A stretch of DNA of 64,000 nt, taken from the NCBI GenBank assembly GCA_040954595.2, contig CM082577.2, positions 7,899,846-7,963,845 of the forward strand, written 5' to 3'. Positions within the stretch are counted from its first letter, which is position 1. Each line of letters begins with the position of its first letter. This DNA comes from Balanoglossus misakiensis. Lineage: Eukaryota; Animalia; Hemichordata. The notes under the pieces were generated by a model that had not been told where the DNA came from, made no database searches, and saw only the letters and a list, made by a program, of their open reading frames with translations. This document shows, one piece after another, positions 26,401 to 37,860 of this stretch. The translations under genes and the position numbers were made by a program.

Positions 26401-28073
26401 ACTACATCAGACCAACTGCCATAGAAGCTCACATTCAAATTCAAGGGACAGCATAAGAATACTGAACCGCGTAAGTAAAAGACGTCCCCGTACGCTACAT
26501 CTGATTTTAATCAGATTGATCATGAAACACTTCTATTCCTCGTTCTCAGCGCCCAGCAGCAGATCCTGGAGGAGGAACATGCTGAGGTGGAGTACGAACT
26601 GAGGTTCCTGCTGCAGAAAGATGAGAATGCCAAGACGGATGAAGAGAAACAGATGGAAGAAGAGATGATTGAGAGGCTGGTGGACATTGTACAGCTGAGG
26701 AGTAGGATTGTGGAAACTATGGAACAAGACAGGATTAGGTCAGTTGGTGTTATCGTGACTGTGTCGGATTTGTTGAACTCAAAGTGTGGAGAGTGTGAGG
26801 GATACTATTTCCCTGATCAAAGTATGTGCAAAGTATCGGTATGTAAAATTGGCAAAATAGTGATTATCCAGATAAAACTTGCTCTTTAAGGTTTTTGTTA
26901 TGACTGGGTAGCAATTAATGGCAGAGGATATTGGTTTCACTGAATTTCATGCAACACTATAATTTATATTAAACATTTTTTTTTTCAGGGAGTATGAAGA
27001 AGACAAGACATTGGAGGCCATGATGATTAAAAAAGGTGAATTAATTAACTGACATATTTTTGTTAATGGATCTGTCTGTATCTGTACTGTAGCTTCAAAA
27101 TCTCTCTTCTCATTTTCTTTTGGGTTCAATCTTTCTTTATGTTTGGTGGGGTTGCTCTTCCCGACATGTGTAGTTCTGTTTGGTGAACACATTAAGCTTT
27201 GGTGGAAGAAACACATTTACATTTCTTTTAAAAAACATCCACATTTCTTTTAAAAAAACCTCTGTGACCTTCTGAATCTTTGATTTCATTTCACCGTGTG
27301 TTCACAAGCACAGTGTTTTCTTTGTGTACGTATGTTATTTTCTCCATTCTCTTGCTTGTTTCTCTATACTCGACAACAGAGGAAGAAATGGGGCACCCTT
27401 TTAAGACTAAGACCGAAGGTAGGTTGTCATGGAAGTGGGTTCCATGTGCATGCCTACATCCCATGCCCATCTGCTCCCATCATCCTCTGTGTCTGTTCGG
27501 TGAATACTTAAAAAAAAATCTGCAAATGCTCATAATTTGGAAATGTGGAAAATTGTCAATTGTATTTTGTATACTCATTTGAAAATCTAAGAAAGGAGGC
27601 AGGGTATAATACTTTCCCTTAACCCCTCTCCCGCAACAAAAACAATAGTTATAAGTCCATGTAACAGTTTTTTGATCAATATATACCTTAATATCCCCAG
27701 CTTGGGACCAGGTTACTGCTCTCCCAGCTTGAGTAAGAACAGTTGGAGGAAGAACTTGGTCAACCAAGTTTTAACCACAGATCGACGCATTCTTTGGTGT
27801 ACATCTCGTCATTTATTCTTTTGTTTGACAGGATGGATTGACGGAGAAGAAGAAGAAGAAGGAATTGCGGAGGCGGAAGTGGAAGAGAAGAAAGAGAAGA
27901 GCAAGAAGGAGGAAAAGAAGAAAGATAAACACAAAGACAAGAAAGATAAAGACAAGAAAGATAAAGATAAGAAAGATAAAGATAAGAAAGATAAAACCAA
28001 AAAAGCTGAGAAGAAGAAACATGAAGATGGTGAGAAAACGACAAAAACTCGTCATGGTGTATTCTATCTTTGA
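17414..28073 (+). CDS. MICALL1: MICAL-like protein (CH, LIM, Pro/acidic linker with NPF motifs, bMERB coiled coil); MICAL-L1/L2 co-ortholog
   Basis: CH domain [48 protein letters not shown]...[32 protein letters not shown] domain [14 protein letters not shown]...[11 protein letters not shown]...CKLH. Four NPF motifs. b[17 protein letters not shown]...[22 protein letters not shown]...[16 protein letters not shown]. Large exon at 22098-25127. Confidence 0.9.
18423..18507. mobile_element. piggyBac-like micro-MITE, copy 1
   Basis: ccctttcacc...ggtgacaggg flanked by (c)TAA/TTAA; near-identical to 33470-33545. Confidence 0.65.
22595..22790 (+). repeat. Coding tandem repeat, 63-nt unit x~3 ([22 protein letters not shown])
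   Basis: Directly visible repeated units inside the MICAL-L large exon. A second 24-nt x3 repeat (SDKKKVEP) lies at ~23192-23260. Confidence 0.9.
26343..26518. mobile_element. MITE with ~48-bp terminal inverted repeats in MICAL-L intron
   Basis: cagtctgattaaaatcagatctagggtaccgcgacgtcttttacttac is an imperfect inverted repeat of gtaagtaaaagacgtccccgtacgctacatctgattttaatcagattg. No clear TSD. Confidence 0.7.
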
Positions 28074-31000
28074 GATACCTGCACAGAGAGTTCTTGGAAT
28101 GTTTCTGTCTGCCCAAGATAAATGATTGTGTTGAAACTACTTTTTTCTGTAACATTTTGACGAGTACATTCTTAGCTTTTGACTCTGCTTTTAACACTAG
28201 CTCGCCAATCCACATTTTTTCTAAACTGCCATATTTTCTGCTGTTGAGCCGTGGTGCTGATCGTGATGAACTAATAATCATCATCGAAATTTTTTGCAAC
28301 GAAGTCCTGAATTGGCCATTTCAAAGTGGAGTAAATATTTTGTAGACATCTGCTAGTATTTGTGTATCTGTTATAGTAAAGTATGTGTTTTTTCAGAGGT
28401 AAATTAAAGACACAAAGAACTACAAATGTAGGTAGTGTATGTCCAGCATGTGCATAAGGTACAATATATCCACTGATAAGAGGGTCCGGTTGAGATGTCT
28501 TGCCTAAGAAAGTACACGTTTTCACAATCCTCTTTCTTGAACTTTTCAAGAAAAAATAGGGTGGAAAAGATTATTGTGTTTCTAGACAGAAACACATTGA
28601 GTTTATACAAATTTGACTAATCATAAGGCATATTTGTCTGCCATTGGCAGAAAGATTCCAGGTCGCTATTTGCTAATTAAGCTGGGAATGTTGTGGTTAG
28701 AGTCTGACTAAGGGTTAAACTTTTAATAATTAAGTGTCAGTAAACATGTTTAATTTTTATTATGGAAGATGTTTTATTTACCATTAGTTATGAAGGTAGC
28801 GAGATTTATAATAATTCTTATTGGGGATAAAGGTACTATAACACTTGGTGCTTGCATTTTTATGCCACTCGATTGTTGCCCAGTATTTCTGGAAACTTTC
28901 TGCTTGCCTGGTTTCTGATTGTTTTGTTATGGAGGACTTTATGAGCCAATGTCCCAGTGTAGCCGGTAGTTCATTTTCACAGTTTATTCAGGATTGTGTT
29001 TTTATCGATGGAAGTCTTGTGCTTTACTGGTTTGTCATGATTCTGCATGATGTGAGGTTGATTGGGTCAAAGGTCAAATCAACTTTGACCAATCAAATGC
29101 CTGCAACCTCATTTGAGTTGCCATGGGTATTGTTGTCATAGACTGACACTGCAGCTGTGTTGATGTACATGATTGTATATATACATTACTTGCATTGAAT
29201 GAAGTCTTGGAGTGAAATGACAAATCGGATTTCAATTTATCGAATGAGCTAGCCTTGCTCCGAATAGTTTGGTCAGAATCTACAAAAAAAGTATATTTAC
29301 ACTATTTATGCTTATTTTTTGTCATGGCTGCATATGTTTTTATTCTTTCATTTCAAGTAAAGTTTTTGTCTGAGTTTGTTTGTATGTAATCATAATAATA
29401 ACCAGTATACTGGCATAAAATATTTTTATGTAAAACTAGCTTTGAGAATGATGGTTTAGAATTCTTCTGTTGCTGCATTGCCTGTTAGTTTCAAGGGTTT
29501 GTGGATGCTTTGTCCTGCAAATCCAGTCTTTCCCATGAAAATACATGTTTGACTTATAAACCCCACCAAATACAGATGAATTTAGTCCACATATTATCCT
29601 TGTCAACACCATAGCCGGACTATGGTGTAGTTTTTTTATGGGAACATGTTGAGAAGAGTTCTGCGTTTTTCAAAACTGGATTGTGGGTCAAAGTTCAGAT
29701 GCCAAGAGGTCAAACTAACAGGTAATGTGGCAGCCTTTAGAGTTATTTCAACCCCTTTCCACCACGACCATTTGGTTCAACCACAGTATTCTTGGTATTG
29801 TTGTTGGACCTACCGGTACATACAGTGGGGGATAAAAAGATTAGTAATGTTTTGTAGGTTTTTGTCTTTTCTGTTATTTATTTACTGTCTACTTAGAAGT
29901 TGCACATAGCATTGCATGTCTGGTTTTCATTGATCTACTCTCTGTTCATAATATATGCATGACTGACAAAGAAGACTTCATATTTTTATACCACGGATCA
30001 ACCAACAGAATGTTTTTGCACAAAGCTACTGAAATTGAATGCCATCACAGATTATAAGCATGTAAACTATAATGACAGCTTGCCAATACAGAATCTGCCA
30101 AGAAACGTGAAAATTTACATATAATTGTTCATAGAGAGAATTAGTTGTAAGTAGATTGAAAGTGCGACTTGTATAATAATATAAATCCTAGTTGTACAAT
30201 ATGTTCTTGTGTGTTTTCTCAACACATTTCAGAGTCCTTTGTCCAATCCTATATGTGCTTTGTAGAGTTATAGAAGTGTGCATTGCTGGTCCAATGTCCG
30301 CACAGATCTGTTGTGAATTTTTCCTTTTTTGTGTGTGATATGTATATATCACATACCCCCAGTACATGAACGTTAGATAGATAGTGATTAAATGTTGAAG
30401 ATATCTTTGTCAAGTGTTAGTTTCCATATGTGTGTTACATAGAGGGAGGAAGGAACTGAAAAGGGAGGGTGAGCTTATGCCAACAGCTTTTCCCATGTAT
30501 TAGTGCGCCCTCAGTAGTTTTATTTTTACCAGGCTTTACTTCAGAATTTCAATTTACATTGGACTGATGTATCCTATTGGGGTGCCTTGGTTGAGGGTTA
30601 TTTCATAAAAAGGTGCTGTAAATGTGTGTGGTCAAATGTGTTGCCAACATATTTTATATCCATTAAAAGTTTCATCTGAATTGTAGTTATACACAAATGC
30701 TTGTGTTAAGTCTGAATGAATTGCAAAAATAAAACCATTTTATATATATGTATAAAATATATGTACTTTATATGTCTATTGTAAAATTAGTTATCCCCCC
30801 CCCCCCCCTAGCCACTTCTAACATCAAGACCGGCATTGAATTTAAATTTCACAAACCAAACACCATCTGACCACACAACAACCAACCAACAAATCAGACG
30901 TACTACATTAACACATTATCATGAATACATTAATATTTTATTAAAATTGATTCTAACAATTAACCCTCATACAAATATGGCAGGACATGCAGAGAAAAAC

Positions 31001-31758
31001 TTGACAGAAATAATTCTCTGTATGATTTTGATCTGAGAGAACACCATACATCTGTAAATATTGAGTACTCGAAATCTGACAGATCAAGGTTAAACATACA
31101 AAAAAATCTGAAATGGAAAATCTATCCCTAGCTATTATAGAAATTGTCACATCTTTAGTTGGTCTGGATGATCAAATCTGCCAAAATGTAAATTCACTGC
31201 ATCAAACATGGCCATATATTTGAAGAAAGATTATCTGATGTCTCACAACAAAACCTGACTCAGCAAAAAAAAAATGCATGATGATCAGGTTGTGCATCAA
31301 ATCTGTATAAATATTTTAAATTATCTACATTAAAAACTAAAATGCATTATAAACGCATTAAACTAATAATCTTAAAAACAGAAGTATGTGTTGGAACACA
31401 TACAAGGTATAACAAGTTCTTCAGACGAAATGTATACACTGAAATTTATCTTCACTATTTTCCTGCCTTATTTCATACCGTTTTACTGTGTAGCAATAGT
31501 TCTGCTGATTCAACAAATCCTTCTCAGACTTGTCCAAATAGATGGAATGCTGAAGAACCTCGCATATGATCCGACAGATGTGTGCAACATCCTTCATCCA
31601 CTTCGGGCTAGCCTTCAGTGATTGTGCCTCGTACGACTATACATTGTACCCTATGTCGGTTAAAGCTTCATGGAATCCTTTGCCTAAACATACGGGAAGA
31701 GCTCGACAAATCCATTAAGTTCCGGGAGCAATGGGATGAACAATTAGCCACAGCGTTC

Positions 31759-34270
31759 TTATCTGTCGCCACTCTTCATTGACAGTTCTGTTTTCTCTTG
31801 TTCCATTTTCTGTACGTCCGGTTTCGGGATGTTGGCGCTGTTCCGTTTCGCTTCCTTTTGCCTTTCCTCCTCTGCGATGGCTCTATTTAACACTGCTGTC
31901 CTCTTCTTGTCTATCACCTCCATTTCTCTGATCAGCTGTTTTAAATACAGAAGAAGAAAAAAAAGATTTTAAAAAATTGCATTAATACAAATATATGTGA
32001 ATTATCAGTCTGAGGATACATTTCAAAGAAGCGTCAGATTTATACACAGACATCGGAACTCTCACTTTGAGTCGTCTAACCATTGGAGGAGGTTTGCCTT
32101 CTGGGATGTAGTGGTCGCTGTCTGAAACTGAGAAAAGTCACTTCTAAGTTCTCCACCCACCTGTGATATTTCAGTCGCTATGATTGATCGAAACTCTTTT
32201 CCTCGTCCTAGTGATTCCATGTCTTCGAGGAATTCTCGTCTCTCTGCAATCTCGCTTTGCACTGTGACAACAGAGAGAAATCTGGTGAACTTTTTTTGGC
32301 CGAAGTGGTTTTGTTCAAGCATTACTCTCAGCTTGCATTCTACAATGTACCTCTCATTTCAAGCTATTTGTTATTGAACTTCTATAAACATTAGCATAAC
32401 TTATTTGATGAAAACAACAACAAAAACTAAGAAACTGGAAATAAAAAAATGACCTTCAATTGGAACAGATATGACTGAATATTAAGAACAGTACACAGAC
32501 AAATTCTACTCACGTTCGTCAAACCTGTCAATTTCTGGGGGTGGTTTTTTCGGTGTCATGAGTTCATTATATCTCTTTTGCGTAAGCTTTGGTAAATCTT
32601 CACCGTAGGCCATCCTATGAGCCAGTCTGTCTTTTTCCTGTTCACCCAGAGTTTCTGTTAGGAAGGAATAAATTTGTATCAGCACATATCTAGGGGTGTG
32701 AGTCTCGGATTTCAATGCAAGCAACATTTGAGATGCAGTTGCTAAGGAAGTGCACAGAGCTTAAATATCTAGGTTTCCCCGGTTACCTTCTAATTCTAAA
32801 TCATAAACCTGGCAATTTAATATGATGACAGATTACCAGTAGCTAGGATCCTGCAACATCGCTGGATTTTTAAAAGGATTTGTGAAGGTTTGGATGACAG
32901 TCGCACAATTGCTAATGCATATTATTTTGAAGGTTTGACACTCGCATGCGCATGATATATGCTTATATGCTGTCATGGCAGATACTGGCAGCAAAGATAA
33001 TTAGTCCTGTCTTGACTCAAATAATCTTGCATTTAATCACTAAATGCTATCATATTATCTTATAGAGTTCAAGTGGACATCCGTTAATATATAACTACAG
33101 GATCTGCGTTGTCTAATTAGGGGCGAAATAGTTTTATGGTGACTGAAACAGCAAGGAAAGATTTATAGATTGTGAGTAGAGCTTACTTTTTGGTAAAGGT
33201 CTGTAATCGGACTTGTAATCATCCATGCGCTGTTCTATATACTCTCTTGAACGAATGCCTCCACTGTAGCCTCGGACGTTGACTCTCTTGCTTTGTGGTT
33301 TGGACGGCGGTGGTGCTGCTGGCTGCTCACTGCTGGTTGGATGTACTTTCAAGGCCAAAGTTTTCCCCTCTATTTGAGTTTATAAAAAAAATTGAAATCA
33401 GGAATAAAAACTAAATGATTTGTTTGTGAGTTGTCGTTTAAGAGGGTGTAACACCCTATATGGCTTTAACCCTTTCACCTCCATGGTTCAGTCCAAACCC
33501 AGCGGTAAGGTTGGACCTCTAAAGAGGGAACTGTGGGTGAAAGGGTTAAGGTACTGGTAACATGCAGTGTTATTTTTACTAAATGCATGTGCTCTACAAT
33601 GCTAACAGTGACCTTCCTTATGTTTTATTGAACTGACAATAAAATATGTTGTATCCATATGCTGCCGATATGCCTTACCTTTTAGGTGATTGTTGATCTG
33701 CCTCTGCTGAAAATTTGTGAGTTTTGATTCAGCCATCATCACTATAAAATGAAAAGCAAACAAAGCATCTCGTTCGTTACATTCGGCATTACTTACAATG
33801 GAAATTGTACAATGATTTCCAAGAAAAAAATTAAACAATAAAAGTTCAATAATAAACATGTAAATTTCCTAAAGGACCTACATGTATTTAATTTTTCTTT
33901 GAGTAGTTGCAGTGTTTGACAAAAAAAGATCAATTTCCTTCAACAATAAGTCATACATGTCTAATGCTGCGCCGTAGTCATTTCAGCTTCGTAGACAAAG
34001 TCATTGTCATTGAACATTAAATTCTTCTCGAAAAGCGTCACGTTGCCTTGGTACCTGACACAGCGAGTACATATCATCAGCTGACAATCCTACAACGTAC
34101 GTGTACACCGGGGACTATAAACCGTCAGTCACATTTTAATTCTACTTTTGTGTCGACATAATGAAAATAACATTACCTTTCATTAGTTCTTGGGTTTCTT
34201 TGCTGTACGATGCGGTATGGCCTGCCCAAAGGCCGCCTTTTTGAACTGTACCTTTACCTCTTTCTGCCAT
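31759..34270 (-). CDS. EVG1: UPF0193 protein EVG1 homolog (C22orf23)
   Basis: Exons encode MAERGKGTVQKGGLWAGHTASYSKETQELMK, VMMAESKLTNFQQRQINNHLK, EKDRLAHRMAYGED...EIDRFDE, EIAERREFLEDMESLGRGKEFRSIIATEISQ and LIREMEVIDKKR, all characteristic of the UPF0193 family. Confidence 0.88.
33470..33545. mobile_element. piggyBac-like micro-MITE, copy 2
   Basis: TTAA-ccctttcacc...ggtgaaaggg-TTAA: a TTAA TSD with a CCC-initiated TIR. Confidence 0.7.
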
Positions 34271-34500
34271 TTTTTCTCGAGTTTGTTATGACAACTGCGC
34301 AAGGCTAACCGCGCACATCTGCGGTGGCGCTGCTCGAGGTCATGGGTCGAAGGTCGTAGGTCATAGGCCATTAGTAGTCGTTGGGCCCAGTGCATGCGTC
34401 GTGAGGTACGTTTATTCGTAAATTGCGTTGAGTCTGACTCTCGCAAACTTTGTTACAACGCAGAAATTATCACAATATATTTCCGAGGACAGGTAAGGAA
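34271..34500. promoter_or_regulatory. Bidirectional promoter EVG1 (-) / TRMT10B (+)
   Basis: The ATGs are only ~440 bp apart and the interval is CpG-rich. A TRMT10B 5'UTR intron is likely (donor gtaagg ~34493). Confidence 0.55.
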
Positions 34501-34706
34501 ATAATACACTTTTAGGGAACTCACCACACGGAATAGCTGCAGTTCAGTAGCTCGAAGTTTTGCCTGTTGGTTTTGGGGTTAGACGGCCGCACACCACCGG
34601 TAGTAACATGTACCTCTGCATTTTTACCTAAACCCAGCCCCTTAACCCTTCTCCAATTCTATACAAGTCAGTTTTGTGACTAACAGGTCACATTTTACCC
34701 CCAGAA

Positions 34707-35645
34707 ATGGAGGAGGTTCCGAGAAACTGTGAGGAAGAGCCCCCAATCCACGGTCAAGTTGAATCGACAGGCGAAAAAGAGGTGCGTGCTGCAGATTCCA
34801 GCACCATGTCCAAGAAGGCGCGCAAACGAGAATTGAAATATCAGGCGATCGTCGCGGAGAAGAAAGCGAGGAGGAAAGAAAAGAAAGAGCAAAAGAAGGC
34901 CAGGAAACGGGAGGAATGTGAGAGGAGGGCTGCAGTAGAAGGGGCCTGTGGTGGAAATGAAGACGAAACAACCAGTGGGGACGGCTCCGATACTCAGAGA
35001 CACAGCAAGAAATATTCAAACAGGGAGATACGGAACAGGCTCACAGAGGCCTTGCAGAGTGGACAGAGAATCTGTGTTGATTGTGGATTTGAAAACAAAA
35101 TGGACAAAAAGGAAGTTTGCAAACTGGCTCAACAGTTCGGTAGATTGTACGGCGCCAACAGACACGCAGAGAAGCCATTCCATATCTACTTCACAAACTT
35201 GCACAAAGAGGAAAACTTGTACAAAGAGTGCGTCAGAGTGAATTGTGGATTTGAAAATTACCTTATCGAAATGACTGATAAAAATCACCTTGAAAGTTTC
35301 GACATTAACGAGATCGTTTATTTGACGCCAGATTCGCCCAACATTTTAGAATCCCTGGAGCCCGAAAAAGTGTACATTATAGGTGGACTTGTGGACGAGT
35401 CGCCCCAAAAGAACGTCACCCTGAAAAACGCTGAGAAATACAGTGTGATGACTGCACAGCTCCCCATAGATAAATATATGCAGAAAATGGAAGGGAAGTT
35501 TAATTATTCAAAGATCCTAACTATCAATCAGGTCTTTGTCATTTTGTTGACTTACTATAACACGGGAGATTGGAGGAAAGCTCTTGTGACTGGTGTGCCA
35601 CAAAGAAAAGGATACAAGTTGAGGGAAGTTGATGGTGAGAACTGA
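34707..35645 (+). CDS. TRMT10B: tRNA (purine-9-N1)-methyltransferase 10 homolog B (SPOUT), single coding exon
   Basis: 312-aa ORF with RLYGANRHAEKPF, LYKECVRVNCGFENY, VYLTPDS, VYIIGGLVDES, TAQLPI, ILTINQVF and GKGY-like RKGY. GGLVDES and ECVR.N.GF fit TRMT10B rather than TRMT10A. Confidence 0.9.
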   Translation: MEEVPRNCEEEPPIHGQVESTGEKEVRAADSSTMSKKARKRELKYQAIVAEKKARRKEKKEQKKARKREECERRAAVEGACGGNEDETTSGDGSDTQRHSKKYSNREIRNRLTEALQSGQRICVDCGFENKMDKKEVCKLAQQFGRLYGANRHAEKPFHIYFTNLHKEENLYKECVRVNCGFENYLIEMTDKNHLESFDINEIVYLTPDSPNILESLEPEKVYIIGGLVDESPQKNVTLKNAEKYSVMTAQLPIDKYMQKMEGKFNYSKILTINQVFVILLTYYNTGDWRKALVTGVPQRKGYKLREVDGEN

Positions 35646-36227
35646 TCAGTCAGCATACAGGGCAAGGTGGCATTTGTCGGCAGACTTATAACTTTCATAA
35701 ACTTGAATGCAGCTAAGTGCTTTCTTTCAAACACTGAATTTAAATTGTTCGAATAATCCAGTCACTCCATCCCTTCTAATCCTACCCTAACAATAAAGCA
35801 AAATTATGAGCTAATGAAATTGTTTTAATTTTCACTCAAACATCTGGAATGACATGTTGACTCTATTTTAACGAGATCTTTTTGATTTTTTTCCATATCA
35901 ATGATCACGTATTTATCTGTGTGTAGTCATGTATAGTGCCTTGAGACATCTGTAACCACGATTTTTGCTCACAGTGTTGAACTTTTTTTAGAATGAAAAT
36001 GAAATAAATACAAATAGAGCGATATACATGTATATTACAATCATGCCATAATATCATCATCCTACCAGTAGTGCGTGTTAGGGAGAAGCTGAATGCCAGT
36101 TTAATTTATTGCATAACTTTTAATATCTCTCTAAAAGTACCATCAATACTGTGTGTGTGCAAAAAGAAGTCAAGGATAGTTTCACTTTGTCTTCTGAAGA
36201 TTCGCGTCTCGAAACTTATTAGAAAGG

Positions 36228-37860
36228 TCAAAGGAAAATATTTGGACCATCTTTAACAACGCTGAAAGATGTATTTGTCAGATCGGATTCGTGGAGAATT
36301 TCGACATAACCGAGCATTTTCATCGGTGCGTGACATTTGCTCTGGATGTCAAACACCGTGCGTGCTGGCAGCTGGTGGCGCCACTGTGCCACCACCGATG
36401 TCGAGTTGCGAGTGGTGGCGAAATGTCCCTGTTTGTTCTCCTTGGTGTGTTGTCTCACCCACTCCCGCACATGCCCGGGGAGAGGGATCTCCAGGAATTG
36501 GTAGATCCTGGTCGCCATTTCCAGCGGGTTCAGCGCCATGTCCTCGTACCTGGCCAAAAAGAACTTCCCTCGCAGCCAGTGCGGCGCTTTGTAGACCGCT
36601 TTCAAGGTGTCCAGCATGTTCGTGCAGAGATCGGTGACTTCGTCCCAAGGGGTGCGTCTCCGCTTGAAATCGTAGTTCGTCTTGTTCAGATTCAGCCGCG
36701 AGTTCCAAGTACCGCGCGGGTCGCGTACGAGATGGATGATCTTCAAATTGATGGCTGGGTCGCTGGCCAGAGTACGGAGCAGCCCCAGATCGTACAGGCG
36801 TATAGTTTTGATCGCGATGTGTTCTTTAGCATGTCTCAGCTCAGACAGAGTTATACTCTGTCCCGGTGTGCGTTTGGGAGACGTTTTACAGTACAACGTA
36901 GAAGCCATGGCCTGCCCACGCGCGCATATTCTCCCGACGGCCCTTGTATGTGCAATGACGGCCAACGGAGAAAGGTCCCACTTCAAAAGTCGTCCAATTA
37001 CTTCCACGGCTTTTCGGTCGAACACGTCATTCCCATACTTCATCCTCTGGCTCTCAAAAGTCAGGTACGTCAGCGGTTCGAAAAAGTACACGAAGTCCGG
37101 GTTCCGATTGAACAGCTCGCCGAAGAAAGACGAACCAGATCGTTTGCTGGCGACTACCAACACGCGAAGCTTTCCAGAACGTTCGCGCGGAAAGCTGGCA
37201 TCGGGCGACAGTTCTGCCTCATCACTCACGCTGATGTTGTACCTCTTAATTTTTGCAGGAGGGTGAAAGTCTAAAGTGTGCCACTCGTTTCCATTCCCTG
37301 TAATTAAAACAGATGTACATTGTGACTGGAAATAAAACCGTATAGCATAAACCTGTAAAGAACGTAAAGCGTTCAATTCCATGTCAAAACTTTCCAGGCT
37401 GTGTACTTTTGTTCCACCACAAAACAGTTTTGATCTATACTGTTCAAATCTTCACAAAATAGGTAGGTAGGTAGGTATGCATGAATCAACTGTCTCAAAA
37501 AATAGCTAGCGTCAAAGGAACGAATTCTGCTGGCCAATTTTGGAATACGAACAGATCGGTATGAAGTATTTTTCTCCAGAATTTAGAAAGATACATCTTC
37601 CGGTTCACAACCCGGCGATCATAAATGACTTCTCCGTTACCTTGCTGTGTAGCCCAGATTTCGACCCTTCAGATGGAATAGGTGGATAGGTTGATAAATA
37701 TATTTCACTTTTTTGGGATGGGAGTTCGAGATACTAGTAACAACCGCATTTTCTTAGTTTAAACAAACGTCTTACCTTTAATTATTAAGTTTAACAAACA
37801 CCAGACAACAAAGCCTGCTACAGAAAGTAATAGTATTTTTCTAGGCGTGATTCTGACCAT
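36228..37860 (-). CDS. Carbohydrate 6-O-sulfotransferase (CHST1/3/GlcNAc6ST family), type II Golgi protein (exons 37860-37776, 37297-36228)
   Basis: Exon 1 gives the signal-anchor MVRITPRKILLLSVAGFVVWCLLNLIIK. Exon 2 has the 5'PSB motif RSGSSFFGELF, YFFEP, KTIR, the 3'PB motif IIHLVRDPRG, RYEDMA and T.RNS...WR. Confidence 0.88.

Noticed and set aside
36269-37274. Long + strand ORFs (327, 194 and 122 aa)
   Set aside because: Antisense shadows of the GC-rich CHST exon, with no recognisable motifs.
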